DNA of 63,465 nt, counting the filler, from Sluysia triapertura (lineage: Eukaryota), in assembly GCA_046118255.1 (NCBI GenBank). It is 5 parts of 5 records of this genome, joined end to end, with 100 filler letters (N's around TTAATTAATTAA, not from the genome) between each part and the next. Parts side by side here need not be neighbours in the genome. Positions count along the whole stretch, not along the records: positions 1 to 10,787 come from JBJNIA010193471.1; positions 10,888 to 23,541 come from JBJNIA010091788.1; 3 more parts are not named here. The stretch is one strand, 5' to 3'. The notes beneath the pieces are model-generated. The model was not told the origin of the DNA and made no database searches. It saw only the letters and a program-made list of their open reading frames with translations. The translations under genes were made by a program, and so were the position numbers. Positions 1 to 12,330 of this stretch are shown in pieces. How positions within the stretch are numbered: position 1 is the first letter of the stretch; each line of letters starts with the position of its first letter.

Positions 1-73
<73 letters not shown>
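1..73. repeat. (ATA)n microsatellite
   Basis: Perfect ATA trinucleotide run at the window start. Confidence 0.95.
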
Positions 74-74
<1 letters not shown>

Positions 75-129
75 TACTATGGTTTTCTAAAACTTAACCT
101 ACGTTCAGATCAATGCAGCAAAATAAATT

Positions 130-1003
130 ATCAGTATGACTTCTCGTCCATATCTGCATCATGGTATTCGCATAAGAAGTGAGGCGAAGAATCGGTTACT
201 GATCTGGGCGGTGAATGAAGTAGTGGTGATTGGGCAAATAACCATCCTGGATCAAGTGCATTGGGTTTGGTTGTGGAATACTTCGTCGCTTGATTGGACT
301 GGGTTTGATAAAATCATTGGGTTGTGATAATACTGGATCAGGCACTGAATATATATTGATTATATATGTCATACATACGCGCATCATTAAAACTGATTGT
401 AGGCTTATCATTTGCCAGCCACCGTACATATTCGTAAACAGGAGGTGGTGCTAATGGAAATCCGGTAGTGGTTCATACTTAAATATATGATGGATAGTAT
501 ATCGATCGTAGTCATCATGATTAGGACGTAAGCATGGATATCTACATCTATTTGATACGAACATAATAACTGCTAATATAACTATTGCAAAGGCAATAAT
601 AAATAATATTGCCGCTAAAAATAATATTACAAAGTCAGATCGTTTTTAACATTTCTGATAACGATAAATATTTCTTTGTTCCCTACAGTGCAAAGTGTAA
701 ATGGTGATACATATATTCTTGCAATGACAAAAAATCAGAACATATGGCTGTAGGATTTACCATATTTTTGATATAATATTGTTGGACATTCCATGAACTA
801 AAATTGAGTCTTGCAGGTTTTAAGTACATAAATAAAACTTGAATATCATTTTGTAACACCTTAACTCTGACATCTGTACCATAATTACGGAATTCAAGAT
901 ATTCGGCTTTGTAAACGTTTTCATCGTTTATATTACATTGTACTGTAGTAATCATCATTGTTAACATTAAAGGTATTACATTTTTATTACTGTTAACGTG
1001 CAT
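130..1003 (-). pseudogene. Decayed single-pass membrane protein ORF (signal peptide, ectodomain, TM, Pro-rich tail with PPPVY)
   Basis: ORF 683-1003 starts with a hydrophobic signal-like segment. After a stop and frameshift the minus strand reads FVILFLAAILFIIAFAIVILAVIMF (TM), then GFPLAPPPVYEYV and a Pro-rich tail. Confidence 0.45.
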
Positions 1004-4000
1004 AGTTTCATGCTAAAATCAACTATGTGCAAGACAATCCAAATTGAGTATACCAATGTAAGGATTAAGGAAATAACAAATAGCTTATAGATTTAATATT
1101 ATGATATTTTGCAGTGTACTACTAAGCAAAATGTTATTAGTAAAGTTTCATACATTCTGAGTGTTTCTTATAGTGCCTAGTACAAAAGCTATAAGCGTAA
1201 CGTAGATTTTGTCTATATAATGTGGTTCACCAATCAATAATGGGTTCAAATAAATAAAATAAATATCAAGTTTATGACGTAAAACATTTTCTTCGAAATA
1301 AACTTTATTTTCAATAATCATTACAAATGTTTGTAATCAACATTTTCCGTAGTTTGATTGCGGCATACAAATTTCTATATTCTTCATCATTTTCAAGACC
1401 TATAGACTTAACAATACTAATTAAAGATAGAAGTAAAACTGTCAATTGTTTTAATTTTAATTGTTTGCATTAGCTGAAGCAGAACCAATTCTTAATGAAT
1501 CTGAAACCTCATTAGACACGAACGTTGGTGATGAGTCAGTAGATGGTTCTTCCCAATGTATATTAAATAACCAAAAAGAAGGTAATACGTGATCAGTAGA
1601 CTCGAAATTCAATGTTGTTATTGGAGTTTGAATTGGAGTTTCGTATAAAGTAATATCATCGTATTGTGGATGGTGGTATTTAATTTTTAACTATATACAT
1701 TTTATGAAATTCATTATTAAAACTCATATTATCATCCACGCTTAATGTACATAGACGACTTCTTATTATTATCAGTATTAAAATCATAATTACAAATAAT
1801 AAGACTTTTTATTTATCTCAAACACAAAAAAGAAGGCATAAAATAACATTGTTTACCTGCCACTTTTGAAGAAAACAAAATGAAATTTTCAGTTATTAAG
1901 ATAAGTCTACTAACGTTAATATTTGCCACAAAAATGTACGTTTTCTACTGGCAATTTCAAAGGAATGCAAAACGTATACTATGGTCGAACCCATAATATA
2001 TATTAATTTATTGAAAAAGTTGTTTTACATTTATCAGTATATAAAAATAAACTTCTTACAATGTATGAGTCTACCTATCTACACAACAGTAACAGCTCTC
2101 TTAAGAATAAACTATATTTTAAATAGTTTTAATCGTAATGTGTTGAGATCTCCAAAGATTGTGTCTCTCATTTAGTGAAATAAAATGGTTTGAATCATTT
2201 AAAAGAAAGAAGACAAAATGTTTCATTGAATTATGTAAAGCCACATGAGGTATGTTTAAAGCATGGAATTCCTTGGGGATTAATACTTGCTCCATTATTG
2301 TTTTGGCATGATGTCATATTATCAGTCATAATTTATGTTCATGGTCACATTTTGTGTCATAAATATTTTGTGATACTTTAATAAAATTAAAATTAACTGG
2401 CTATTAATCATCAATAATAAATAATATAATAATAATAATAATAATATAATTATAATACTAAGGTTAATAATGACTAATAATAATATTAAGATAATAATAG
2501 TTAATAATAAAACAATAATTTTTCAAGAAATAAAAAGTAATAATAATACTTTAAGTTGTAGTGAATTCCAGAACAACTCATAACAATCACTAACATCAAC
2601 ACAAATCAACACTTCTTACATAAAAAAAGTACTAAACAAACTACTTCATATATATAAAACATAAATATAGTCATAATAATTTCATAATCATTTAAATTTT
2701 GTATATTATCGTTCTTGCAATTCTTTTCATTTGTTGTCCTTTTCTCGTCTTTATGTATATATAATTCCATCTTTATTCTTATTTTATTAATATTATTATT
2801 GTATCCTCGTGCACATGCGTAGAACCTATCATTATTATTGGTATTTCTATCACCATCATTATTCTTATTACTGCTATCGAAATCATTCATATTAATATTA
2901 ATAATTAATATTCATATTCATATTAATATCTCTTTTGAATTCTATTCTTACTTTTATAAGTAATGAATGTAATTCCTAGGATAAAGTGTTACATGACATT
3001 TACTTCTTGTTATTACAATTGATTTTATTTAGTTTATTTTAGAAAACAATTATAATAGAATATTCAAAACAAGCGATATTGTTAAAAATGATTTTGAAAA
3101 AGATAAGTTATTTATTTAAACAAATTTTACGTCATTTATTACTTTCTGCACGCCATCGAATATATTACGATCTACAAGCGATTGAAAATAACAATTGGAT
3201 TTTATTTGAACGTTGTCAGTTAGTCAATATACATTCAAGGGATTTCTTGAAAAGTAAGGTTTTAGGGGATATGTTTCTTGTTTATGATGTGGCTAAGAAA
3301 ATGCTATATTGTATATTTTAATTTTATATATATTTCAATGTTTCGTATACTTATATATTGTAATACATATAAATGTCAGAATTGACTTTAATTAATGTTT
3401 AATAATTAGAATTATCAATCATAACAAAAATTACGAAAAAATAAAAAAATCAATTATAAAATTATTTAAATAATTTACACTATAAAGGAATAAATATGCA
3501 CAAAAAGAATCATTCAATGATAAACCAATTTCAGGAAGAACGAGTGCTAATTAATAACTTAATTACGATCAAATTTACATTAAAAAAATACACTGAAGTT
3601 GTTCGAACATACCTTGTTAAAAATCAAACTGTTAAATTTCGTCCCTAAAGAAGCGTTTCAAATCGCACTAAAAAATATAGATCTAATATATTATCAAAGT
3701 ATATGAATGAAACTAAAGATGCATCTGAGAATAGTTTTAAATCTAACGAATGCGAATAAAAGAAAATTGAAATATATTAAAGAAAAAATTCTGTTAATAA
3801 TTCTTTAATGAGTTCTAGTCATATTGTAGGCTAAAATTTAGTCAACCCATTAACATTAATTCGAAAGTTATAAATGGTTTGTATTATCAAGGTGAAGGTT
3901 TACCAATATTATAAGATAAAGAAGAAAACACAATGTCAGGAATAGTGAAATCGTTCTGTTCCAAAAATGGTTGTATCATAATCGAAAAATCATGTAAAAT

Positions 4001-5388
4001 TTCTAATAAAGCGTGTGTTTCATCAAAACCCAAACAAGAGTTAATAATATTTCTGTTAAACATATTGATAAATACTTTACTAGTTATCTACCCATACGAG
4101 ATTATAATGATGATAAATGTTCTCATGCAATTGAAGATTGGCTAATTCAGGTGTGCCTGTATTTATTTGTTGATTTTCGTTATTTTGTTTAATATAAAAT
4201 TCCTCGTTATTTGTTTAGTTATTTTCGAATTAATTTTGTAATTTTAGTTGAAGGCATGAAGCCTAAACTAAACATTTTTGAAATGATTTCTATGTTTTAT
4301 TACGAGTTAATAAACGTTCTTAAAGTTATTTTTAAGTTAATTCATAAGATAGTTAATCTTTATGTCGTTAAAAATTCGTTGATAAAAATTTTCATATAAT
4401 TAAAGCAATAAATGTTGAAACGCTGTCCACAAATACATAATAAAAAGCTTTTACCATAATAAAACAGATATAATTAATCTTATCAAAGTAGTGAATTTGG
4501 AGTATAAAAGAACAGCGACAAGAACTTTATGAAATTTTTCTTAAACATCTAAATTTGTTTGAAAAAATTTGTAATAACTAAAGTGGTTGCTCAACTACTT
4601 TGTCCCTTGAAGATACATATTCGGAGAAAATTTTTGACTATTGGAGAAAACCTAACCGGAGAAATTGATATTAAATTTGCTTGAGGATAAATCGTTTAGT
4701 TTTTACTAAATATGTTTAACACGTTTTACTCATGTATAAGTCACCACTTAAAATATCACATATATTTATCACTATTTTAAGTTGTCATTTTTTAAATTAG
4801 ATTTATTGAATTAAATACTAATTGTTAGATGGTTATTCAAAGAATTGCTCATATTTACCCTTTTTAAATCGGGTAATTTTCAGAGTTGTAAAGTTTATAA
4901 GTTCAAAAGTTATTCAGTCAATAACCGATTTTATATCGGTAGAAAAATATATTGATTTCATATGATCCATTTTAATAAGAATCAAAGCAAAATTTTAAAA
5001 GATTAATCTGGCTCTTTTGGCGGAATTTTAATAAACATTAATTCTACCCAATAAATTATTAACTTATACAGATATAATCTTTTAAAATTAGTCGTTCTAA
5101 TTCTAAAGCCGATTCTAGAATTCGGTTGTAAATTCACTTATCTTATAGATTCTTTTTAGTTGGAATCTAGTATAAATTTTAAAGCGAAAATTAAACATCT
5201 TCACTAAAGTTAGTAAGTCAACCTCCACGATATTAGAACTACTCACTAATTGAAAATAATTATGTTGTATTCCCTTTATTAGGTTTAATTAATATGTTAC
5301 ATTTTAAAATCTTAAATCCTACAAACTAGTCGTCACTCGTAAGTCTAGGATTGTGGGCGAACTCACGGTAATAAATTCATTTATTGGT

Positions 5389-5995
5389 TGTGGTGGCCAA
5401 CCTTTTCATTTAAAATTTATTACACATACTTAATATCATTTTTTTTAACATTTAACATTTTACTTTTTCAGATTCATCAAAATCCTTTTACATTTTAAAA
5501 CATTTTAAATCCACAATCTCATAACATTAAAATTATACCTACATTCAAAACCATTAAATGTACATTTCAAATTTTATTTAAAACATTTCAAGTTCACAAT
5601 TGTTAAACATTCATTCATTAACATCATTAAAAAACATTAAATTTACATTTCAAAATCATTTTAAACATTATAATCAAAATGTAACTTCTTACATTTCCAA
5701 TTTTATTAATTCATGTCTCCAAATTCTATTTTTTCCATAACATTCTCTACATTTTCACCATTCCATGAAAGAATATTAATTTGAAGAAATAGTTACACAC
5801 AACTTTTAATTTAAGAAAGGAAGTAATAAATATCTTTATTTTTATGAAAGAGAGCTGTTTCTACAAAAGAAATTTATGTTGTATTGTGTGCTTATGTATT
5901 TTATATTTTACAAAATATAAGATACAAAGAAAGAGAATGTTATGTTTGCTTTATGTGTTTTCAATTCAATCATTTTATCATTATTTGTTACATTT
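5389..5995 (+). mobile_element. TGTGGTGGCCAACC-headed dispersed module (solo-LTR-like), copy A
   Basis: Starts TGTGGTGGCCAACC. G-poor body with ACATTTTAAA-like imperfect repeats. The 3' part (CAAAAGAAATTTATGT...TTATGTGT) is shared with copies at 14791 and 58896. 3' end approximate. Confidence 0.55.
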
Positions 5996-6061
5996 TACTA
6001 TAATTATTAAAAGATTTTATGTAAAGAAGTGATTTATAAAGTTTTTAGAGTTTATGCATTT

Positions 6062-6194
6062 NNNNNNNNNNNNNNNNNNNNNNNNNNNNNNNNNNNNNNN
6101 NNNNNNNNNNNNNNNNNNNNNNNNNNNNNNNNNNNNNNNNNNNNNNNNNNNNNNNNNNNNNNNNNNNNNNNNNNNNNNNNNNNNNNNNNNNNNN
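6062..6194. other. Assembly gap
   Basis: N run. Confidence 0.99.
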
Positions 6195-7050
6195 TTATTA
6201 TATAACTTGTTGTTAGCCGACAGTTTTAATTAAAATTAATGCATATTTAGTTGCTTAGTGTACAACTGCTAACACAGATGAAAATTATTGACTATCCAAT
6301 CATAGCTAATTAGATTTAATTAAAATTTACGATACAGAATAAATTGATTTAAAATGTGTTTCAAAGTTTATAACGAATTATTATATACAAACTTGTATTT
6401 CAAAAAGTATTTTAACAGCAGATTAAAAAATTAGCCTACAAAAATACAACGATCATGCATTTTGCTACTTTAAAAAATATTTATGATATATTTCAATTCT
6501 GATGTTGAACGATTATTCGGATAGTGAATTTGATACTAAGTGCCGATTTTACTAACAATGAAAACAATGATGTTAAATCTATGGCTATTAATTCAAGTCG
6601 AGTCTTAGTCGGACCTTTTATTATAAGTAATTTCATATTGCTATTATACTTTTTATTAATTAAAAATTCAATTATTTGTGTTCTTATCTTTATAAATTCA
6701 TAGTTGCTTATTTTAATTCAATGTATTTATTAAATTTGTAATAAAATATAATTTGAATATTTTGGAGTTTAAGTTTATTGTTAATTTTACGTTAAAATTG
6801 TGACATAAGTCAAGCATGTCTCTTTTATAGTGCAGAAAGTTGAAAATTATTATTGGCAGTATTTTGATTACAGTGTAAACTCATCAACTCTTTAGAAAAA
6901 TCGGAAATCTAACGATTATTATAGTAAGACTTCATAAAGAACTAAAGATAACAGAGTAATACGTTTTTATACGAATATTGTTAATCTTATTCTTACATAG
7001 ACTTAAATATTACATGCACCAGCGTTGGTCGTGATTATTTTTAAGCTATT

Positions 7051-7270
7051 TGTGATGGTCAACCTTCACTATTATTAAATTTTATAAAAATATAATCCTT
7101 TAACACTTTAACATTCACCTATTTATTTTCTCTACATTCACGAAAACAGTTCATTTGCCAGAATCAAGTTATATCCACAATCCATAACATGAAAACCACA
7201 CTAACATCCAATACCATCAATTTACATCAACAGATCCATCAAAATATGTTACTCGACATTCATAATAACG
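7051..7270 (+). mobile_element. TGTGG-module, short copy B
   Basis: TGTGATGGTCAACC head followed by the same C/A-rich, G-poor body. Confidence 0.45.
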
Positions 7271-7332
7271 TTATTGCTATTATTATTGATATTAAAATTC
7301 ATTAATTTATTTAATATCGAAATCAGTATCTA

Positions 7333-7490
7333 CCATCACCAGTACTGTTATTGCTGATTATTGTATATAGATTTATGTCAGTACTGATGGTGGCTAATCA
7401 TTCAATTATTCTATTTTAATTTTACTATTAGTTGTCCAATCAGTGTTACACTGATTATCAAATTTTACAATTTCTGATTGGACAACTAAT
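7333..7490. promoter_or_regulatory. Double inverted-repeat cassette with paired ATTGG-N4-CCAAT-type palindromes
   Basis: IR1 7333-7347/7379-7393 (13/15 match). IR2 is a perfect 16-bp TTAGTTGTCCAATCAG/CTGATTGGACAACTAA at 7428-7443/7474-7489. A homologous cassette lies at 59858-60022. Confidence 0.45.
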
Positions 7491-7726
7491 CAGAACTAGC
7501 TTATGTACAAAAATTTTTAAACAAAAACATTTTTATGTGAGTACAGCAATAACGAATAAAAAAGAAAAGTTGTCAAAAATTGAAAAAGAATTAAAATTAA
7601 CGCCAAACTAAATAAATTCTAATCAAATAAATAAACTAATCAAAATTCTAAAATCGAATTAATTGTATAATTTCGTCAATCAGTAAATGAAATTAAAAAG
7701 CTATTTGGAGCACAATATGATTCTAA

Positions 7727-8880
7727 TTGTCAACATCTGATATCCTAATGAAGTTTTCTTTAGTATCGACTGAAAATAGTAGCAATCTATTTAGTTTATT
7801 AATTAATAACTTATATGTAAAATTCGAATGTGTCAATTTTGAGTGTATAGAACGATGTTATTCAATTCGCGTATGCAATTCAGGATACATAGTTCTAGTT
7901 TTAGAATGAATAAAAGAATTGGATTCAATTTATACATATAGTAATCATTTATTATTTTTCAAAGAACAAGTTCAGTTACTAATAGCGAACGTTTTAACGA
8001 GATATATTATATCTCTCAATGCTCATTTACTCTCAGAGAATACGCTTAAAGAAAAAAGTCAAATGAATAATATGGAAAAATCTATGATTCTCTTAATTGA
8101 TTTTGTGAGAGTCTACGGTTGTAATGATGATGACTGTTCATAGTATACAGCGCAAGATAATGTCTTATTACATGTTGCATATTTATTCAGTCATTTTACA
8201 TCTTTTCATAATGAATCACTAATAGTGTTTTGTGATTATTTACTTTATTATGTGTTGAATGAGAAGGAAGTAATAAATGTTCGTAGTAATTCTGTCCATT
8301 ACTTGGCAAGTTATATCATTCATTTTGACAATGAGCATACATCTATTAAGTTTATATTTAAAGTGATTGATCGAATTTTCACAGGTGTTCTAAAGTTATT
8401 TGATTTTTCAATCTTTTTGATTTACAAGACAAACATCGCTTATAAAAAGTCTAAAAAAGTTAAATTGATTAGAATTGATGATCATGGAAAAGTCCTTTAT
8501 AATGGCTTTATGAACGATGTCACGACTGGTGAATCACATGAGATTTGTTTAGAAATAATATAGATATTATCCAGGCCTGATGCAACAGCTGTCTATGTCT
8601 TGCTGGAGATTTGTTCAATCAAGAACGATAATGAAGATGAACTAAGCGAGCTTGATTGTGTGGATTGCCCACTATTTCATAATCAAAAGGTTACCTCATC
8701 GGCTTTATTAATTTTACTGTGCTCTTATGGTGTTGATATCAATGGCAAGGACAATGTAATTATTTTTTTGTTTATTTTATCTATAATTTAAACTTTCATT
8801 TTATTCTAGATTATGAATCTTTGGCTGAACTGAATTACGTACGCGAGGATATAGCAATAAAACTTAAACCTTTTGTTTTA
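7727..8880 (+). pseudogene. RRN3: RRN3/TIF-IA-like (RNA Pol I initiation factor) pseudogene
   Basis: ORFs 7727, 7919, 8225 and 8600 share one frame broken by three stops. Segments YSNHLLFF..IISLNAHL, MEKSMILLIDFV and HVAYLFSHFTSF...VRSNSVHYLASYII match the order and pattern of RRN3 motifs (YVxNLL..LLKLDV, LDxLM, HVQFxxFYxCSF...RxxAxxYxxSFLAR). Putative 54-nt GT-AG intron at 8756-8809. Confidence 0.55.
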
Positions 8881-9271
8881 ATAAAAAATTAAAAAATTAT
8901 TATAGTTATTAATGCCTCTTTGATTAATTTTATTAAATTGTTGATTATAAACCTACATAAAAATTTTAAACTTGATATTCGTAACGAACTTCTATTTAAT
9001 TATACAAATAAGAATTATATTTAGTAACCTTACCAAATTGGTGTCCTAAATCATACTAAACTATTTAGTATCAGTCGACATAACAGACGATTTTGTCTAT
9101 TATTGTTTAAGTTAAGGTGACTAGTATTTTTTTATACAATTAATCTTAATAATTGTTTTCAGGTAATTTTACAGGTACGCCATTAGTAAGTCGTATACTG
9201 TAAACGGATTCGAATAAGAATAATAATTTATTTTGCTGGTAGTTAAGTTCTTTTATTAAGAAACACCCAGA

Positions 9272-9328
<57 letters not shown>
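9272..9328. repeat. (AAT)n microsatellite
   Basis: Perfect trinucleotide run. Confidence 0.95.
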
Positions 9329-9329
<1 letters not shown>

Positions 9330-9429
9330 TAAATATTGTTACTACAAAATTATTGTAAAAATGAGTAATGACTTATAAAATCAATTAGTCAAAACTTTAT
9401 AACTAGTGGTAATAACTAGTTAATAAATA

Positions 9430-10740
9430 GTGGTTACGACAATTTGTTTTCTGTTAAAGTTATTAATGATATAGATGATTATACTAAAGTTGATGATGAT
9501 TTATATAACAACTATATGCAATTATAAAGTTAAGTTTAGCCTGATCGACATTAGTAAAGATGTTAATGTTCTAATTGTCATTGCTCAAGATGATCAGAAT
9601 AAGGATAATGATGATGATGATGATGATAAATATAACAATTAGCAAATATGTAATTATAAAGTTATTAATTCTAAAGACGATAAGAATAAAATTTGTGATG
9701 ATCACGTCTAAAACTTTAGAGCATATAATTTTGAAGATCAGTATAACGCACGATTGGCATTAGTAGAGATAACAATTTAAAAAATAACAATCTTGAAGAC
9801 GACAAGGTCGAAGTTATTAATGTCGAAGTCGAGTATTGTGATTCTAACAGTCACGACGATAAAGATAACAATGCTGGATATGAGGCTACGCAAATTAGGA
9901 GGAAGAAATATATTGATTATCAAATCAACAACGAAGAAGAACATGATGTTTTATTTAGCTGTTATGAAGACAAATTGTATAAACCTAAACATTACAAAGT
10001 CGATTTCTTTAATATTTATATAAATAATGTGTTTTCGAACTTTATTATTATAAATTAAGTGTAATTAATTTTCTTAATGATAAAAATAATATTTATTCTG
10101 TTGATAAAAATAAACCTACAATTTGTCAAAGGTCAAACATTATTAAAACATTATTACGTCAAAGCCAAATATAATAACAATTATTGATTTTAATTACTAT
10201 GAATATAATAACATTTATTGATTTTAATGATGACTGATTTTATTATTATTGGATTTTTATTTAATGACATTGGATTTTTAAATAATTTTTATTACTGTGA
10301 GTTTATTAATCTTATTAAATTTTATTATTAATTTAATAATTTTATTTTCTTATTAATCTTATTTTGTTATTAATTTATTAATTTTATTCTTAAAATGTTA
10401 AATTTTGTTAATTCATTTTGTTTTAAATAATTAATGAAAGGTACAACAATGACAATGAGTATTTTTGTAATGACTCTCGAAGTAGAGATAATGAGCATGA
10501 TTATTGCATGTTAAATAGTATAGCTGCTATGTGTCCAGCTCTTACTGATAATAATGGTATCTGCTTACTGCGTGGGTTGTACTGCAGATACACTCATTCT
10601 GTTCAAGATTTGAAGAGCAGCAAAGAAAATAAAGCAACTTTCCACTTACACTTGCAACGAATTACAGAGTTGCTGAATAATATTGCAGTTGTTTCCAGCA
10701 TTTCAGGTGGCAATAATTTATTAGACGACGTCAAGATAAG
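9430..10740 (+). pseudogene. Asn/Asp-rich protein with C-terminal CCCH zinc finger, copy 1 (decayed)
   Basis: D/N-rich codons with stops at 9430-10080, homologous to 60203-60950. ORF 10508 contains CPALTDNNGICLLRGLYCRYTHSVQDL = C-x9-C-x6-C-x3-H, a TIS11-like CCCH pattern. Confidence 0.6.
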
Positions 10741-10787
10741 TAATGTTTACTTCTATTCATTGTGTGTTAACAATTATTATTACTGTT

Positions 10788-10887
10788 NNNNNNNNNNNNN
10801 NNNNNNNNNNNNNNNNNNNNNNNNNNNNNNNTTAATTAATTAANNNNNNNNNNNNNNNNNNNNNNNNNNNNNNNNNNNNNNNNNNNN
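10788..10887. other. Assembly gap with artificial TTAATTAATTAA linker
   Basis: 100-bp N-linker-N spacer; identical design at 23542, 35182 and 48664. Confidence 0.97.
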
Positions 10888-10934
10888 GGTTTGACCGAGT
10901 TCATGCAAGGAAAGCCTTAATATTGAGCAAAGTC

Positions 10935-12330
10935 AAATTTTAATTAATTTTTAATTATGGAATGGTTAATTTTTTATACTTAGACTAATGCAAATATGAT
11001 GAATGGAATATGAGATGATTGCTATGAAAGAGGAGAATCTATAATTGAGTTCGAAATGTTTTTAAAATGGTTCGTTTGAGAATAAGAGCCTTAAAACATT
11101 TTTCATTAGAAAATTTGGTGTAACAAATAGAAACTTAATTAAATAATATAAAGTGAAATTAAATAGTATTGCTGATTGTTATTTTAATGTGAGAAATAAT
11201 TTAAGTAAAAATAGATTGAGTAGAGTAAAAGGAAATGACGCCTAATAATAAATCAGATTTCTATGTTTTGTACTTAATGTAGTTTGACAGACCGTACCAT
11301 GTAATTTTCAAAGTTGTAGTCGGTCTGATTCTCAAAGAGGTTAGGATGATTTATGTGAGAGAGTGTTTGATTATGAGACTTGGAATTGATTGGATGACGA
11401 AAGAGTATAAAATAAAGATTTCTAAATTTTTAACAGACAATAACAAGATAACAACAATGACAATGATGATGATAGATATGAAAATCCATACATAGAGTAA
11501 AGTGATTAATTTTTATTCATTTATTATTTTTTTAAAATAATATAAATAATTAATCTTATTTTAATTTGAATAATTTTAATATTGTGTCATTTTTAGTTAA
11601 TTTTTAAGCTGTTTTTAAGAAACTCCCTACACAATTTTTGTTAAAATTATATTTGATTTTCAGCCATTGTTAAGATAATTTTGTAAGAGACTCCCCACGC
11701 AATTTTTGTTAAGATTATATTTGATTTTTAGTTATTTAAAGTAATTAATTAAGAACCAGTTTACGTAATTTTTGTTGAGGATTATATTTAAATTGTATTT
11801 GATTTTCAGCTATTTTTAAGGTGAATTGAATAGAAACTCCCTACGCAATTTATTCTATCAAAATATTAAGTATTTTATCTCTAGAAATTACTGTTTAAGC
11901 TATTCTTACCAAATTATTTTATTGTAGTCGTAATAATTCTTTGTTACGTTGACCAAAATATTTAGATAACATAATTACCATTAATTTTCTAGATATTGAT
12001 ATTGTTAGTGTCTGTTGCGTCACTCCTGGTTGTTTCGTCTTAATTAGATTGTAATATCCTTGATTATATTATAAACGCTATTTTTATTTTTGTTGTTCTC
12101 AGTATTTAGTAAAGATTCTTATTGATAATAAATTATATAACGATTTTTTGTTTAATAGTACATAACTGTCTTAGTTTTGATTTAATTTTCAAGAACTCAA
12201 ATTTGGAGTAATCGTTATTAATATTATAAAAGAAGATTACTAAAAATTATACTTGATACATTGACTATTTAAATTATTAAGGTTCATTTAAGCTAATCAA
12301 GTTAATATTGAGTTGTAATAACTAATAATT
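10935..12330 (-). repeat. ~1.3-kb dispersed repeat, inverted copy of 62290-63465
   Basis: e.g. TAATGCAAATATGATGAATGGAATATGA at ~10986 is the reverse complement of sequence at ~63390-63417; similarity is colinear along the block. Confidence 0.85.
11618..11860 (+). repeat. Imperfect ~70-bp tandem repeat, about 4 units
   Basis: Recurrent ACTCCC(T/C)AC(A/G)CAATTTTTGTTAA(A/G)ATTATATTTGATTTT at ~11621, 11690, 11756 and 11836. Confidence 0.7.

Noticed and set aside
3000-4700. Coding-like relics
   Set aside because: Too many stops and no recognisable family; same for 6200-7000, 13380-14550, 50040-50900 and 57560-58330
7727-8791. Alternative genetic code or readthrough explaining in-frame stops
   Set aside because: Stops are of mixed types, neighbouring relics also have frameshifts, and the intact exons need no recoding
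11618-11860. Spaced repeats superficially like a CRISPR array
   Set aside because: Eukaryotic context; whole units are homologous with no unique spacers; ordinary minisatellite
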